Shown: positions 39,969 through 53,475, counted from the first letter of the stretch. The stretch is 64,000 bases of DNA from Haliotis rufescens (GCF_023055435.1 NW_025964001.1:66712001-66776000); one strand, 5' to 3'. Numbers and translations are program-made. Notes: a model not told the origin generated them from the letters alone.

Positions 39969-41204
39969 TCCTTCGTATGAACGATCCAGAGCAAGGAAAT
40001 CTAATCCATACCTATCAGAGCTACCGCCATGTCCCCAATACAGGTGCACTTTAAATGGCTATAAAGTACTATCAAATTGTTCAATGTCAAATTGTTACAC
40101 TACTGAAGTTTCTAGTACTCAGTTTCTTAAACATCCATTGTTTTGTAGCGAAAATATTTCAGCAACCTCAGATAACAATGTGATATTAAACTTCAATGCT
40201 TTGATGACACGGATATGCTCCTTACACTGCGGAAGTTTCTAGTGCGCAGACTCGCTTCATAAAACACTCCCAAAGAATTTGAGCTTTTTAGACAGCTTAT
40301 GTTTTATAATGAAACTCTCTGTGTCATCTTTCAACAACCTCAGATTCACACGTGATATTAGTCTTTAATGCCTTGCCGGCATGACCTTTTTTCTACATGA
40401 GCTTTTATGCATTCGGTGTTATTGATTTCTGTTCAAACACGTGCGGGAATGCGTGCGACCACTGTCCATTCGGTACAGGAAGTAGATTGTGTAGGCATAT
40501 GTGTGTAGACGAGTGAAGTGGAACCGTGTGCAAAACTGATTCTTTATTTGAAGATAGAAATACATGTAATGACTATAATCAAAATGGAACTAAGGAACCA
40601 TGTCATATTTGTCATATTGTAGCCGAAACTGAAATAATTATTGTCGTAATACATGCTTGGCTTGTTCCGGAAACGACACAAGAAATTATTCTTGAGAACG
40701 AAATATTGTTCGAGCGCTGCTCAGCGTATAACCGCTTCAATATGAAGTATTCATATCATGTTGATGAAGCAAATGACGACCACAACAATATATGATGGCC
40801 AGTCAGAACGACGAGTCATGAAACGTAAATGCGAACTTCGACAGTTTCCGTGCTAATGATGGTTGTGTCGGTTCTTCCGACAGTACACGACGAGTTCCGA
40901 TTGATTGATGAAAACTTTTTAAATGCCTTTGGCAGTGACCACTTTCCAATGTATATTTTGGATCGACTGTTTGTGTTGGACTGTGTGGGTTTGTGGACAA
41001 TCCAGATGTGTTGAAAGGACAACGCAATTTCTAATATCTATCTACCTCAAGTTGTTTTAATCGTATCAGTGCCATGCATATTTTCATAGATCGTTTGTAC
41101 GCGTTTGCATGTTATAGAAAGACAACTATTGTATTTCATCGGATTATGTATAAAGATGATCTTTTGCATTCTTACATATTATTTAATAAATGTTCATACA
41201 GAAC

Positions 41205-41382
41205 CGTGTTGTTTTTTATACATGACGTGTTGTTTTTTTATACATGACGTGTTGTATTTTATACATGACGTGTTGTATTTTATACATGACGTGTTGTATT
41301 TTATACATGACGTGTTGTATAAGTTTTATACATGACGTGTTGTATTTTATACATGACGTGTTGTATTTTATACATGACGTGT
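41205..41382. repeat. Minisatellite, 21 bp unit TTTATACATGACGTGTTGTAT
   Basis: Direct tandem repetition. Confidence 0.95.
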
Positions 41383-41693
41383 TAATCGAATAACAACGGT
41401 CCCCGTTTCCCATTGACTGAAATGTTGAATGTCGCACAGTTGAATAATTAACTCAAGGGAGTAGAAAAATGTTTGACGTCACAAAGCGTTACGGAGTCGA
41501 TCAATAGTGATATGTTGTAAAATGGAATTTTTCAGGATTTGTTCATTTGTCAAAGAAAAGGAAATTAGATTTAAAACTTTTTTTTTGTATTCAGTATTCA
41601 ATTTCGGTTTAAAAAAATAATGATCAGTCATTGTCGATCTACAGGTACAGGTTTATACAGTTATTGATGCAGCAAAATGCCCTGGTGAATCTA

Positions 41694-41868
41694 CAGTAAA
41701 CCACGGTTATAACGAACACAAAGGGACCACTAATTTTAGTTCGTAATAACCGTAGTTCGTTATAAGCATATATAAAACATATATACAACACATGGCCGGG
41801 ACTAAAAAATAAGTTCGTTATATCGGTGAGTTCGTTATAAGCGTGTTCGTTATAAACGTAGTTTACTG
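41694..41868 (+). mobile_element. pogo/Tigger-type MITE, copy 4
   Basis: TA|CAGTAAACCACGG...CGTAGTTTACTG|TA. Confidence 0.9.
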
Positions 41869-42014
41869 TAATTCAATGTGTAGACACTTCTTTGAAGAAA
41901 TAACTTGGTCTTATTTAAGGTTTCTTAACACACTCGAGACATTCAATGTAATTAATTTTGATTCTTAACAGACTTAAAATACATAACCAAGTTACAAATC
42001 GATCCAACCAAAGG

Positions 42015-42167
42015 GGGCGGTCGGGTAGCCTAGTGGTTAAAGCGTTCGCTCGTCACGCCGAAGACCCGGGTTCGATTCCCGACATGGGTACAATGTGTGA
42101 ATATTGCTGGAATATTGCTGGAATATTGCTAAAAGCGGCGTAAAACCATACTCAGTCAGTCAGTCAG
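42015..42167 (+). mobile_element. SINE family C (internal rearrangement)
   Basis: 12-bp TSD TCCAACCAAAGG. Confidence 0.92.
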
Positions 42168-42179
42168 TCCAACCAAAGG

Positions 42180-42360
42180 TCTGGGCCCATTGCTGGCCAT
42201 GGAATTGTATGGTGCTGTGCTGCTGGCGGTGAGCGTTGACGATTCCTGAACGGTTGGGCGTTGCCGTCCTGAAAGAGAAAACGCCTACCCACACGCCTTG
42301 CAAACGGGACAACAAAGGAATCAGTTTGTTGTCCAGATAGGTCTGTCCAGTGACCCTTCT
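42180..42360 (-). pseudogene. Degenerate Tc1 transposase fragment
   Basis: FLFQDGNAQP...IPWPAMGPDL resembles FQQDNA-PH / WPxxSPDL. Confidence 0.65.
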
Positions 42361-42372
42361 TTTCACATATGG

Positions 42373-42733
42373 TGAGGTGGTGGTGAGGTGAAATGGGGTT
42401 TAACGTCGCGTCCAAGATTATTGCACTTATATAGCGACGTGCATGTACGTGTGTGTGTTTGTGTGTCTGCTTGTACTAGTCCGGACTGATGCCGATTTAT
42501 AGTGCTAGCTCACTGAGATACCATGTCGCAGTTTAACATGAATACCCCACTCAGACACAGTATACTGACTCCGAGCCAACCAGTCCTTGTTTTAACCCTT
42601 TAACGCCGAGCGCCAGACAGGGTAACAACAAGTACCATCTTTTAACGTCTTTTGGTATGACGCGGCCGGGGATCGAACCCCGGACCTTCCGCTCTCCGGG
42701 CGGACGCTCTACCACTAGACCACGGAGGCGGTC
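42373..42733 (-). mobile_element. SINE family D, full length
   Basis: Reverse-complement match to 37003-37349; approximate TSD CACATATGG. Confidence 0.9.
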
Positions 42734-43019
42734 CCTTCCACATATGGAGTTTGAATCGGTCATGCATAGTGATGAACGTATTGGCAACTGCATGCCGAGC
42801 TCATACACAAACAATGAATGAATGAAATATGTAATGGGGGATATTGGAATATACAAATGCTTACAGAAATACAAAGAGATGACGAGTAATGTTGATGGAT
42901 GGATGGATAGGACAAGGTGTGTATCCTGACAATCAACAGAATACGTTGGCGGTGTATTGTAAGGGTGCAATCAAACAAGAAAGACGAATCAGTTGAGATG
43001 AGATGTTCTAATGTGCTAT

Positions 43020-43290
43020 GCCCTTAACGATTGGTCAAACATCCTTTATACGGCATTGCGTTGACGGAATCCATCTCCCAAAGACAATTTGGGGGAGTCT
43101 TGTCCATTCCTTTCGCAGCACCTGGCTCAGTTCGACTGACGTAGGTTGTGGCCTTTGACGTCGGCGTACACGTTTGCCGATCATGTCGAAGACGTGCTCT
43201 ATTGGTACGGACTCATGGCTCTGGTTCTTGCCATTGCATTCTGCAGGAGGTGATCAGTTACGATATGTGAACGGTGGGCATTAACCCCGG
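43020..43290 (-). pseudogene. Degenerate Tc1 transposase C-terminal fragment
   Basis: PIEHVFDMIGKRVRRRQRPQPTSVELSQVLRKEW. Confidence 0.75.
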
Positions 43291-43331
43291 AAAGCAGTAT
43301 CCGGATAAACGACATTTCATAAAACATTGTA

Positions 43332-43470
43332 TGTTTGTGTTTGTTTGTTGTTTAACGTCACATGCTAATGACGTCTGTACATAATCGAGTCTTGACTAGA
43401 CCATCCAGTGATTGATATTATAAGCCAATATCGTCGAGATACGATGACACGTTATCAACCACGTGACCGA
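43332..43470 (-). mobile_element. Degenerate SINE family B
   Basis: (GTTT)n tail, ATAATCGAGTCT...ATCCAGTGATTGA. Confidence 0.7.
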
Positions 43471-43475
43471 GACTT

Positions 43476-43628
43476 TACGGTGGGCTAGCCAAGTGGTTAA
43501 AGCGTTCGCTCATCACGCCGAAGACCCGGGTTCGATTCCCCACATGGGTACATTGTGTGAAGCCCATTTCTGGGGTCCCCCGCCGTGGTATTATTGCTAA
43601 AAGCGGCGTAAAACCATACTCACTCACT
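43476..43628 (+). mobile_element. SINE family C
   Basis: Consensus match. Confidence 0.88.
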
Positions 43629-44157
43629 GGCCACCCTGACGACCAGCATGGGTCGCATGGGGCCAATTCTAACCCGGAATTCGAACCCGGAACTATAAAT
43701 GTAGTTTCATGTGAGAATAATAAAAATATTGCACGTGATTTGTAATATGCCAAGGAGCACATTTCCATGTTATCATATGTCCAACGGGTTATCATATGAC
43801 GTTATCACATGATCACAACTTGTCAGTTCCCGACTGGATCCGTATCACAAAGTCACGTGACACCTGCCACACGCAGTAACTGATCTAGCGGGCGTCTATA
43901 AACTTGCTGATATCTGACAGAAGATCGCAATTAGCAGATATGTGGTAACAAAGAGGTCGCGATGCTGCGTAGGCAATGTGCGCAGATACATATCACACGT
44001 CGGCGAAGTGTGTAATTGGGACAGTGGTGGGTCTTCGTCAACAGTTTCGACAGGAACGAGGGTGGGAGTCGGGTTGATACGACAACGTGGTGTTGCTTTC
44101 ATGGGAGTACACACAGTACCTGATCTAGACTACCAGTTGTCTGACTTTCATTTTGTG

Positions 44158-44256
44158 GAGGTCTCGGTGGCTGAGTGGGTTAGATCGCTGACTTTGTGTG
44201 CTGGCGATTAGGTGCCTCACTCTGGCAGGTGTGGGTTCGAATCCCGGATGGAACTC
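44158..44256 (+). other. tRNA(Ser/Leu)-like Pol III head (SINE head or tRNA pseudogene)
   Basis: A-box TGGCTGAGTGG, B-box GGTTCGAATCC, imperfect acceptor stem GAGGTCT/GGAACTC. Confidence 0.65.
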
Positions 44257-44269
44257 AATCTCTTGTTTC

Positions 44270-47200
44270 AACATGTAATACTCAAAAACGTGGACAGTAA
44301 TACTCAACAACGTGAACAGTAAAAGTCAACAACGTGGACAGCAAAACTCAACAACGTGTACAGCAATACTCAACAACGTGGACAGTAATACTCAACAATG
44401 TGGACAGTAATACTCAACAACGTGTACAGCAATACTCAACAACGTGTACAGCAATACTCAACAACGTGGACAGTAATACTCAACAATGTGGACAGTAATA
44501 CTCAACAACGTGGACAGTAATACATAACAACGTGGACAGTAATAGTCAACAACGTGGACAGTAATAGTCAACAACGTGGACAGTAATAGTCAACAATGTG
44601 GACAGTAAAAGTCAACAACGTGGACAGTAATACTCAACAACGTGGACAGTAATACTCAACAATGTGGACAGCAATACTCAACGTGGACAGTAATAGTCAA
44701 CAACGTGGACAGTAATACATAACAACGTGGACAGTAATACTCAACAACGTGGACAGTAATAGTCAACAACGTGGACAGTAATACTCAACAACGTGGACAG
44801 TAATAGTCAACAACGTGGACAGTAATACTCAACAACGTGGACAGTAAAAGTCAACAACGTGGACAGTAATACTCAACAACGTGGACAGAAATAGTCAACA
44901 ACGTGGACAGTAATACTCAACAACGTGGACAGTAATACTCAACAACGTGGACAGTAATAGTCAACAACGTGGACAGTAAAAGTCAACAACGTGGACAGTA
45001 ATACTCAACAACGTGGACAGTAATACTCAACAACGTGGACAGTAATAGTCAACAACGTGGACAGAAATACTCAACAACGTGGACAGTAAAAGTCAACAAC
45101 GTGGACAGTAATACTCAACAACGTGGACAGTAATACTCAACAACGTGGACAGTAATACTCAACAACGTGGACTGTAATAGTCAACAACGTGAACAGTAAT
45201 ACATAACAACGTGGACAGTAATACATAACAACGTGGACAGTAATAGTCAACAACGTGAACAGTAAAAGTCAACGTGGACAGTAATAGTCAACAACGTGGA
45301 CAGTAATACATAACAACGTTGACAGTAATACTCAACAACGTGGACAGTAATAGTCAACAACGTGGACAGTAATTGTCAACAACGTGAACAGTAAAAGTCA
45401 ACAACGTGGACAGTAATACTCAACAACGTGGACAGTAATACTCAACAACGTGGACAGTAATACTCAACAACGTGGACAGTAATACATAACAACGTGGACA
45501 GTAATACATAACAACGTGGACAGTAATAGTCAACAACGTGAACAGTAAAAGTCAACAATCTGGACAGTAATAGTCAACAACGTGGACAGTAATAGTCAAC
45601 AACGTGAACAGTAAAAGTCAACAACGTGGACAGTAATACTCAACAACGTGGACAGTAATACATAACAACGTGGACAGTAATACATAACAATGTGGACAGT
45701 AATAGTCAACAACGTGAACAGTAAAAGTCAACAATGTGGACAGTAATAGTCAACAACGTGGACAGTAATAGTCAACAACGTGAACAGTAATACTCAACAA
45801 CGTGGACAGTAATACTCAACAATGTGGACAGCAATACTCAACGTGGACAGTAATAGTCAACAACGTGGACAGTAATACATAACAACGTGGACAGTAATAC
45901 TCAACAACGTGGACAGTAATACTCAACAACGTGAACAGTAAAAGCCAACAACGTGGACAGTAATACTCAACAACGTGGACAGTAATACTCAACAACGTGG
46001 ACAGTAATACTCAACAACGTGGACAGTAATAGTCAACAACGTGGACAGTAATACTCAACAACGTGGACAGTAATAGTCAACAACGTGGACAGTAATACTC
46101 AACAACGTGGACAGTAAAAGTCAACAACGTGGACAGTAATACTCAACAACGTGGACAGAAATAGTCAACAACGTGGACAGTAATACTCAACAACGTGGAC
46201 AGTAATACTCAACAACGTGGACAGTAATAGTCAACAACGTGGACAGTAAAAGTCAACAACGTGGACAGTAATACTCAACAACGTGGACAGTAATACTCAA
46301 CAACGTGGACAGTAATAGTCAACAACGTGGACAGAAATACTCAACAACGTGGACAGTAAAAGTCAACAACGTGGACAGTAATACTCAACAACGTGGACAG
46401 TAATACTCAACAACGTGGACAGTAATACTCAACAACGTGGACTGTAATAGTCAACAACGTGAACAGTAATACATAACAACGTGGACAGTAATACATAACA
46501 ACGTGGACAGTAATAGTCAACAACGTGAACAGTAAAAGTCAACGTGGACAGTAATAGTCAACAACGTGGACAGTAATACATAACAACGTTGACAGTAATA
46601 CTCAACAACGTGGACAGTAATAGTCAACAACGTGGACAGTAATTGTCAACAACGTGAACAGTAAAAGTCAACAACGTGGACAGTAATACTCAACAACGTG
46701 GACAGTAATACTCAACAACGTGGACAGTAATACTCAACAACGTGGACAGTAATACATAACAACGTGGACAGTAATACATAACAACGTGGACAGTAATAGT
46801 CAACAACGTGAACAGTAAAAGTCAACAATCTGGACAGTAATAGTCAACAACGTGGACAGTAATAGTCAACAACGTGAACAGTAAAAGTCAACAACGTGGA
46901 CAGTAATACTCAACAACGTGGACAGTAATACATAACAACGTGGACAGTAATACATAACAATGTGGACAGTAATAGTCAACAACGTGAACAGTAAAAGTCA
47001 ACAATGTGGACAGTAATAGTCAACAACGTGGACAGTAATAGTCAACAACGTGAACAGTAATACTCAACAACGTGGACAGTAATACTCAACAATGTGGACA
47101 GCAATACTCAACGTGGACAGTAATAGTCAACAACGTGGACAGTAATACATAACAACGTGGACAGTAATACTCAACAACGTGGACAGTAATACTCAACAAC

Positions 47201-50024
47201 GTGAACAGTAAAAGCCAACAACGTGGACAGTAATACTCAACAACGTGGACAGTAATACTCAACAACGTGGACAGTAATACATAACAACGTGGACAGTAAT
47301 ACTCAACAACGTGGACAGTAATAGTCAACAACGTGAACAGTAAAAGCCAACAACGTGGACAGTAATACTCAACAACGTGGACAGTAATACTCAACAACGT
47401 GGACAGTAATACTCAACAACGTGGATAGTAATACTCAACAACGTGGACAGTAATACTCAACAACGTGGACAGTAATACTCAACAACGTGGACAGTAATAC
47501 TCAACAACGTGGACAGTAATAGTCAACAACGTGGACAGTAATACTCAACAACGTGGACAGTAAAAGTCAACAACGTGGACAGTAATACTCAACAACGTGG
47601 ACAGAAATAGTCAACAACGTGGACAGTAATACTCAACAACGTGGACAGTAATACTCAACAACGTGGACAGTAATAGTCAACAACGTGGACAGTAAAAGTC
47701 AACAACGTGGACAGTAATACTCAACAACGTGGACAGTAATACTCAACAACGTGGACAGTAATAGTCAACAACGTGGACAGAAATACTCAACAACGTGGAC
47801 AGTAAAAGTCAACAACGTGGACAGTAATACTCAACAACGTGGACAGTAATACTCAACAATGTGGACAGTAATACTCAACAACGTGGACTGTAATAGTCAA
47901 CAACGTGAACAGTAATACATAACAACGTGGACAGTAATACATAACAACGTGGACAGTAATAGTCAACAACGTGAACAGTAAAAGTCAACGTGGACAGTAA
48001 TAGTCAACAACGTGGACAGTAATAGTCAACAACGTGGACAGTAATTGTCAACAACGTGAACAGTAAAAGTCAACAACGTGGACAGTAATACTCAACAACG
48101 TGGACAGTAATACTCAACAACGTGGACAGTAATACTCAACAACGTGGACAGTAATACATAACAACGTGGACAGTAATACATAACAACGTGGACAGTAATA
48201 GTCAACAACGTGAACAGTAAAAGTCAACAACGTGGACAGTAATAGTCAACAACGTGGACAGTAATAGTCAACAACGTGAACAGTAAAAGTCAACAACGTG
48301 GACAGTAATACTCAACAACGTGGACAGTAATACATAACAACGTGGACAGTAATACATAACAATGTGGACAGTAATAGTCAACAACGTGAACAGTAAAAGT
48401 CAACAATGTGGACAGTAATAGTCAACAACGTGGACAGTAATACATAACAACGTGGACAGTAATACATAACAACGTGGACAGTAATAGTCAACAACGTGAA
48501 CAGTAATACATAACAACGTGGACAGTAATACATAACAACGTGGACAGTAATAGTCAACAACGTGAACAGTAAAAGTCAACAACGTGGACAGTAATAGTCA
48601 ACAACGTGGACAGTAATAGTCAACAACGTGGACAGTAATACATAACAACGTGGACAGTAATACATAACAACGTGGACAGTAATAGTCAACAACGTGAACA
48701 GTAAAAGTCAACAATGTGGACAGTAATAGTCAACAACGTGGACAGTAATAGTCAACAACGTGAACAGTAAAAGTCAACAACGTGGACAGTAATAATCAAC
48801 AACGTGGACAGTAATACTCAACAACGTGGACAGTAATACTCAACAATGTGGACAGCAATACTCAACGTGGACAGTAATAGTCAACAACGTGGACAGTAAT
48901 ACATAACAACGTGGACAGTAATACTCAACAACGTGGACAGTAATAGTCAACAACGTGAACAGTAAAAGTCAACAACGTGGACAGTAATACTCAACAACGT
49001 GGACAGTAATACTCAACAACGTGGACAGTAATTCTCAACAACGTGGACAGTAATACTCAACAACGTGGACAGTAATACTCAACAACGTGGACAGTAATAC
49101 TCAACAACGTGGACAGTAATTCTCAACAACGTGGACAGTAATACTCAACAACGTGGACAGTAATAGTCAACAACGTGGACAGTAATACTCAACAACGTGG
49201 ACAGTAAAAGTCAACAACGTGGACAGTAAAAGTCAACAACGTGGACAGTAATACTCAACAACGTGGACAGTAAAAGTCAACAACGTGGACAGTAATACTC
49301 AACAACGTGGACAGTAATAGTCAACAACGTGGACAGTAATACTCAACAACGTGGACAGTAAAAGTCAACAACGTGGACAGTAATACTCAACAACGTGGAC
49401 AGTAATAGTCAACAACGTGGACAGTAATACTCAACAACGTGGACAGTAAAAGTCAACAACGTGGACAGTAATACTCAACAACGTGGACAGAAATACTCAA
49501 CAACGTGGACAGTAATACTCAACAACGTGGACAGGAATACATAACAACGTGGACAGTAATAGTCAACAACGTTGACAGTAATACTCAACAACGTGGACAG
49601 TAAAAGTCAACAACGTGGACAGTAATACTCAACAACGTGGACAGTAATACTCAACAACGTGGACAGTAATAGTCAACAACGTGGACAGAAATAGTCAACA
49701 ACGTGGACAGTAAAAGTCAACAACGTGGACAGTAATAGTCAACAATGTAGACAGTAAAAGTCAGCCACGTAAGCAGGAAAAGTCAACAACGTAGACAGTA
49801 AAAGTCAACAACGTGCACGTGGACAGTAATACTCAACAACGTGAACAGTAAAGGTCAACAACGTGGACAGGAATAGTCAACAACGTGAACAGTAAAAGTC
49901 AACAACGTGGACAGTAGAAGTCAACAACGTGGACAGTAAATATCAACAACGTGGACGGTAAATATCAACAACGTGGACAGTAACAGTCAACAACGTGGAC
50001 AGAAATAGTCAACAACGTGGACAG
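44270..50024. repeat. Satellite, 22 bp unit CAACAACGTGGACAGTAATACT with higher-order structure
   Basis: Direct tandem repetition over ~5.75 kb. Confidence 0.98.
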
Positions 50025-50115
50025 CGATAGGACAATGAAGAACGAAGCGTGGTTTAGTTCACGATAAAACATTGTTTTATCATGACGTCATTTCTTGATG
50101 ACGTCGTTTATTGAA

Positions 50116-50275
50116 TAGTGGTCAAAGCGTTCGCTCGTCACACCGAAGACCCGGGTTCGATTCCCGACATGGGTACACTGTTTGAAGCCCATTTCTGGTG
50201 TCCCTTGCCGTGTTATTGTGGGTGTATTGCTAAAGAAGATAGGCATAAAACCATATTCACTCACTCACTGACTCA
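50116..50275 (+). mobile_element. SINE family C, 5'-truncated
   Basis: Consensus match. Confidence 0.88.
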
Positions 50276-50276
50276 C

Positions 50277-50460
50277 AAGCATGTGTTTATAGATCAATAT
50301 CAAAAAGTGATGATACCAGGTGTTCGCAAAACGTGAGCGTATCCTACCCCGACGGTGGCACCCCTCAAAACACATGCAAAGGCAAGTCAATTGTTCACCT
50401 AAATCACAATCAAATAGTGATGACACCAGGTGTTCATCGAAAGGTGAGCCACGATACCCC
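50277..50460 (-). repeat. Family P repeat (one copy plus partial tandem copy)
   Basis: Reverse complement of 1686-1820. Confidence 0.78.
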
Positions 50461-50815
50461 GGACAATCGCAACAACTGTTTCGCGGGAGAACCGATCCCC
50501 AAATGAAAATGTCCAGACAAACGTCAGTGGCTCGAGACGTTACAAGCGACGGGATTGATCTAATCCATGTGTGTTAAACATGTAATCAGTAATCAACGAG
50601 TTCGGGACTACTGCGGGCGACGAACCATGCCTAAAATGAGCGGCTTATTGATGATTAATAGACAGTAGGTTTATGATAAACATTGGTTTAGCACACTCTA
50701 AACACAACAATCAGTCGTGATACCGCCCTCCGTTTCTGATTGTCCAACGCTTCGGTGACGGTAAATAACGATCGATATGTCGTTTTAAAGGTGCGGGATC
50801 CTATTTGATGTAATG

Positions 50816-51170
50816 TCAAAGGTATACATGAGTATTCACGGTCATGACGCCATTATACCAACTTGATATATTCCTCTGTTTGTAATATTCTTCCTGGTGT
50901 TTAAAGCCTGAGTTTAATCCATATTCCACAATGCAACTTCTGTGAACAAAGCCCTTGGGCGTTTTCAGGGGCGGCATTAGCATCTTGTTTACAGATACAA
51001 CCCTTTTGAGATTCAATCGAGCATGCTCCTTCTACCAAGATTTCAAAGAGCGTCATTCGACACTTGCTCAGAAGTTGTTTGATTAAGGTTAAAGCATTCA
51101 AGGCCTCAGTAAAGCTCTCCAAAGGTTTTATGGTAGACATGTGGAGGACATCTCCAAATATAACGCATCA
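50816..51170 (-). pseudogene. Possible degenerate hAT transposase fragment
   Basis: ALTLIKQLLSKCR...FEILVEGA and FKHQEEYYKQ in shifted frames loosely recall ZMYM1-like hAT transposases. Confidence 0.3.
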
Positions 51171-51242
51171 GTGACAAAAAATGATGTCCGATGCAATTCC
51201 CTGTTCCCTATTTTGACTTGCACTATTTGAACCCGCGGTTTT

Positions 51243-51455
51243 TCAGGTAAACAATTGACTTGCCTTTGCATGTGTTTGTAACGGTGTCACCCGTGTGGCA
51301 GGATACGCTCACCTTTTCGCGAACACCTAGTATCATCACTTTTTGACAGTGATTCATAAACGTATGCTCATGATATATCGGAATCGTACATTCGACTCTG
51401 CTTAAAGCAGATGTTTCTCATGAACATGGAAAAGGTTTTGAGGCTTTTATTTGCA
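51243..51455 (+). repeat. Family P repeat copy
   Basis: Match to 1686-1870. Confidence 0.82.
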
Positions 51456-51751
51456 GAACAGACCGTTATTGCATTTCAGGGCCACGAATAACGGCATTTG
51501 AAGCTTAACATGATTGAATAGGTTAATAGAACACGCCGACACGTACATGTAGGTAGGATTTGGGATTTAATAGTGGATTTATCGATTTTAATAAGCTTTC
51601 TTAAAACGCGACCTATTGCACTGGCCTGCTTGTGTTTGATAAGCGTTATGAGTGTTTAAGAAAAATAAGTACTGCAATAAGATTGCTTACATTTTAATTT
51701 CCCCTAGCTACGCCCTCAGCAAACAATAACTGTAGCCAGTGGAACTAAAAT

Positions 51752-51917
51752 AGTGAGTGTGAGTGAGTTTGGTTTTACGCCGCTTTTAGCAATATTTCAG
51801 CAATATCACGGCGGGGAACACCAGACATGGGCAACATTGTACCAATGTCGGGGAATCGAACCCGGGTCTTCGGCGTGACAAGCGAACGCATTATTCACTA
51901 GGCTACCCGACGGCCCC
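51752..51917 (-). mobile_element. SINE family C
   Basis: Consensus match; approximate TSD GAACTAAAA(A)TAG. Confidence 0.9.
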
Positions 51918-52220
51918 GAACTAAAAATAGATTCTACACGATATACAATTACGTTTCTGCATATGTACGTGATCGTGGTATAGTAGTCTGTACACAATAC
52001 GAGAGTTTCGTACTTTGGCCAGTTACTAAACGGACCCTATATGTAACTATTCCTGTATAAATAGCGACATTTCGGGGTTTTCTTCCCAGTTCCCCATATT
52101 ACATACATTTTGCTGAGCTGACCTTCATGCATAGAAGTTTTCTTAAACATTTGAGATGTACACTTTCCATTATGTTAATATCATCACAGTCCCACACAAT
52201 ACATCCATAAGGAAGTATAA

Positions 52221-52387
52221 GTGAGTGAGTGAGTATTGTTTTACGCCGCTTTTAGCAATATTCCGGCAATATCATGGCGGGAGACATCAGAAATGGACTT
52301 CACACATTGTACCCATGGTGGGGAATCGAACTAGGGTCTTCGGCGTGACGAGCGAACACTTTAACCACTAGGCTACCCGACCGCCCC
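52221..52387 (-). mobile_element. SINE family C
   Basis: Consensus match. Confidence 0.9.
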
Positions 52388-52769
52388 ATAAGTAAGTATG
52401 GGTACAGCCATAGCATCAATAATTTTAGTTGACAGGGTATTGATAATTAAACAGTCTGCATTTTTTGCCGTGCAAAGTACATTGTCTTATCATTATGACC
52501 TACAGTGTGTTTCAGAGCATATCTAAATTTGTTTTATCTATGGAATATCATATCAAGATAAACATCAAGTCTAATTCAAACTGATTAATTTTAAGCTTAT
52601 TATACTTCCAAAAACAACCAATACGTTTGTCTTTCATGTATTACCCTTCAATTTCCATATCCCATAAAAGAAGGCAAAATGATCAAGAGCGACTTCTTTT
52701 TCTTTTTTAATTTTACTTAACAGTATTGTGCCACGAGCATATAGCAGGGCAGCCATTGAATAGCTAAAT

Positions 52770-53230
52770 CTATATACTTATACTCATCATGTAACATTGA
52801 TTCCTTCCCAATTGTGACTTTGAAGGTACAGTGCGAAGTCATTAACAAAATAAACTAAATAGTAACGGCAAAAGATTTTCTCCTTGTCTGACCCCAATTT
52901 TAAATGGAAAATACTGTTACAGTGAAGCATTAACTCTCACAGATGAATTTATGCCATGGTAAAGATTGAATATAATATTGAGGAATTTTCCTTCCAGTCC
53001 AATATTCAATAACGACCACAGAGCATCCCATCGAACTCTGTCAAACGCTTTTTCAAAATCTATTGATGCAAAAAATAATGTTATTTTGCTACACTTCAGA
53101 ATTTCAATTAGGTTATGTTTTGTAAAGATACGGTCCGTTGTGGAATCTTCACATCGAAATCCAGCTTGTGCTTTAGTTAAAATAGGGTGTGCATTACAGA
53201 ATTCTGATAGACGAGTGCTGAAAACAGTGA
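52770..53230 (-). pseudogene. Degenerate non-LTR retrotransposon RT fragment (RTE/RTE-X-like)
   Basis: QAGFR..STTDRIF, IDFEKAFDRV and GVRQGENL motifs with an in-frame stop. Confidence 0.88.
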
Positions 53231-53475
53231 GGGTGACGTGATGGTGAGGTAATATTAGGACACAAGTATGTGAGAAATAAAGGTAGCCTGTTGACAACAA
53301 ATACATGAGCAAACAAAAACAATGCACAGCTATATGCCTTCCGTATTGAAATAAAACGTGCATGTGTCATATCTTTATGTGTGACATGATGAGGCATGGT
53401 ATGTTGAATATGTGTCGCCAATTCTTCAATGTATATCAGAAGCATGTTGATATCACAGCTTGTAGGCGGCATGTT

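Noticed and set aside
44270-50024. CRISPR-like or regularly spaced array
   Set aside because: No unique spacers; contiguous monomers; eukaryotic context with no cas genes
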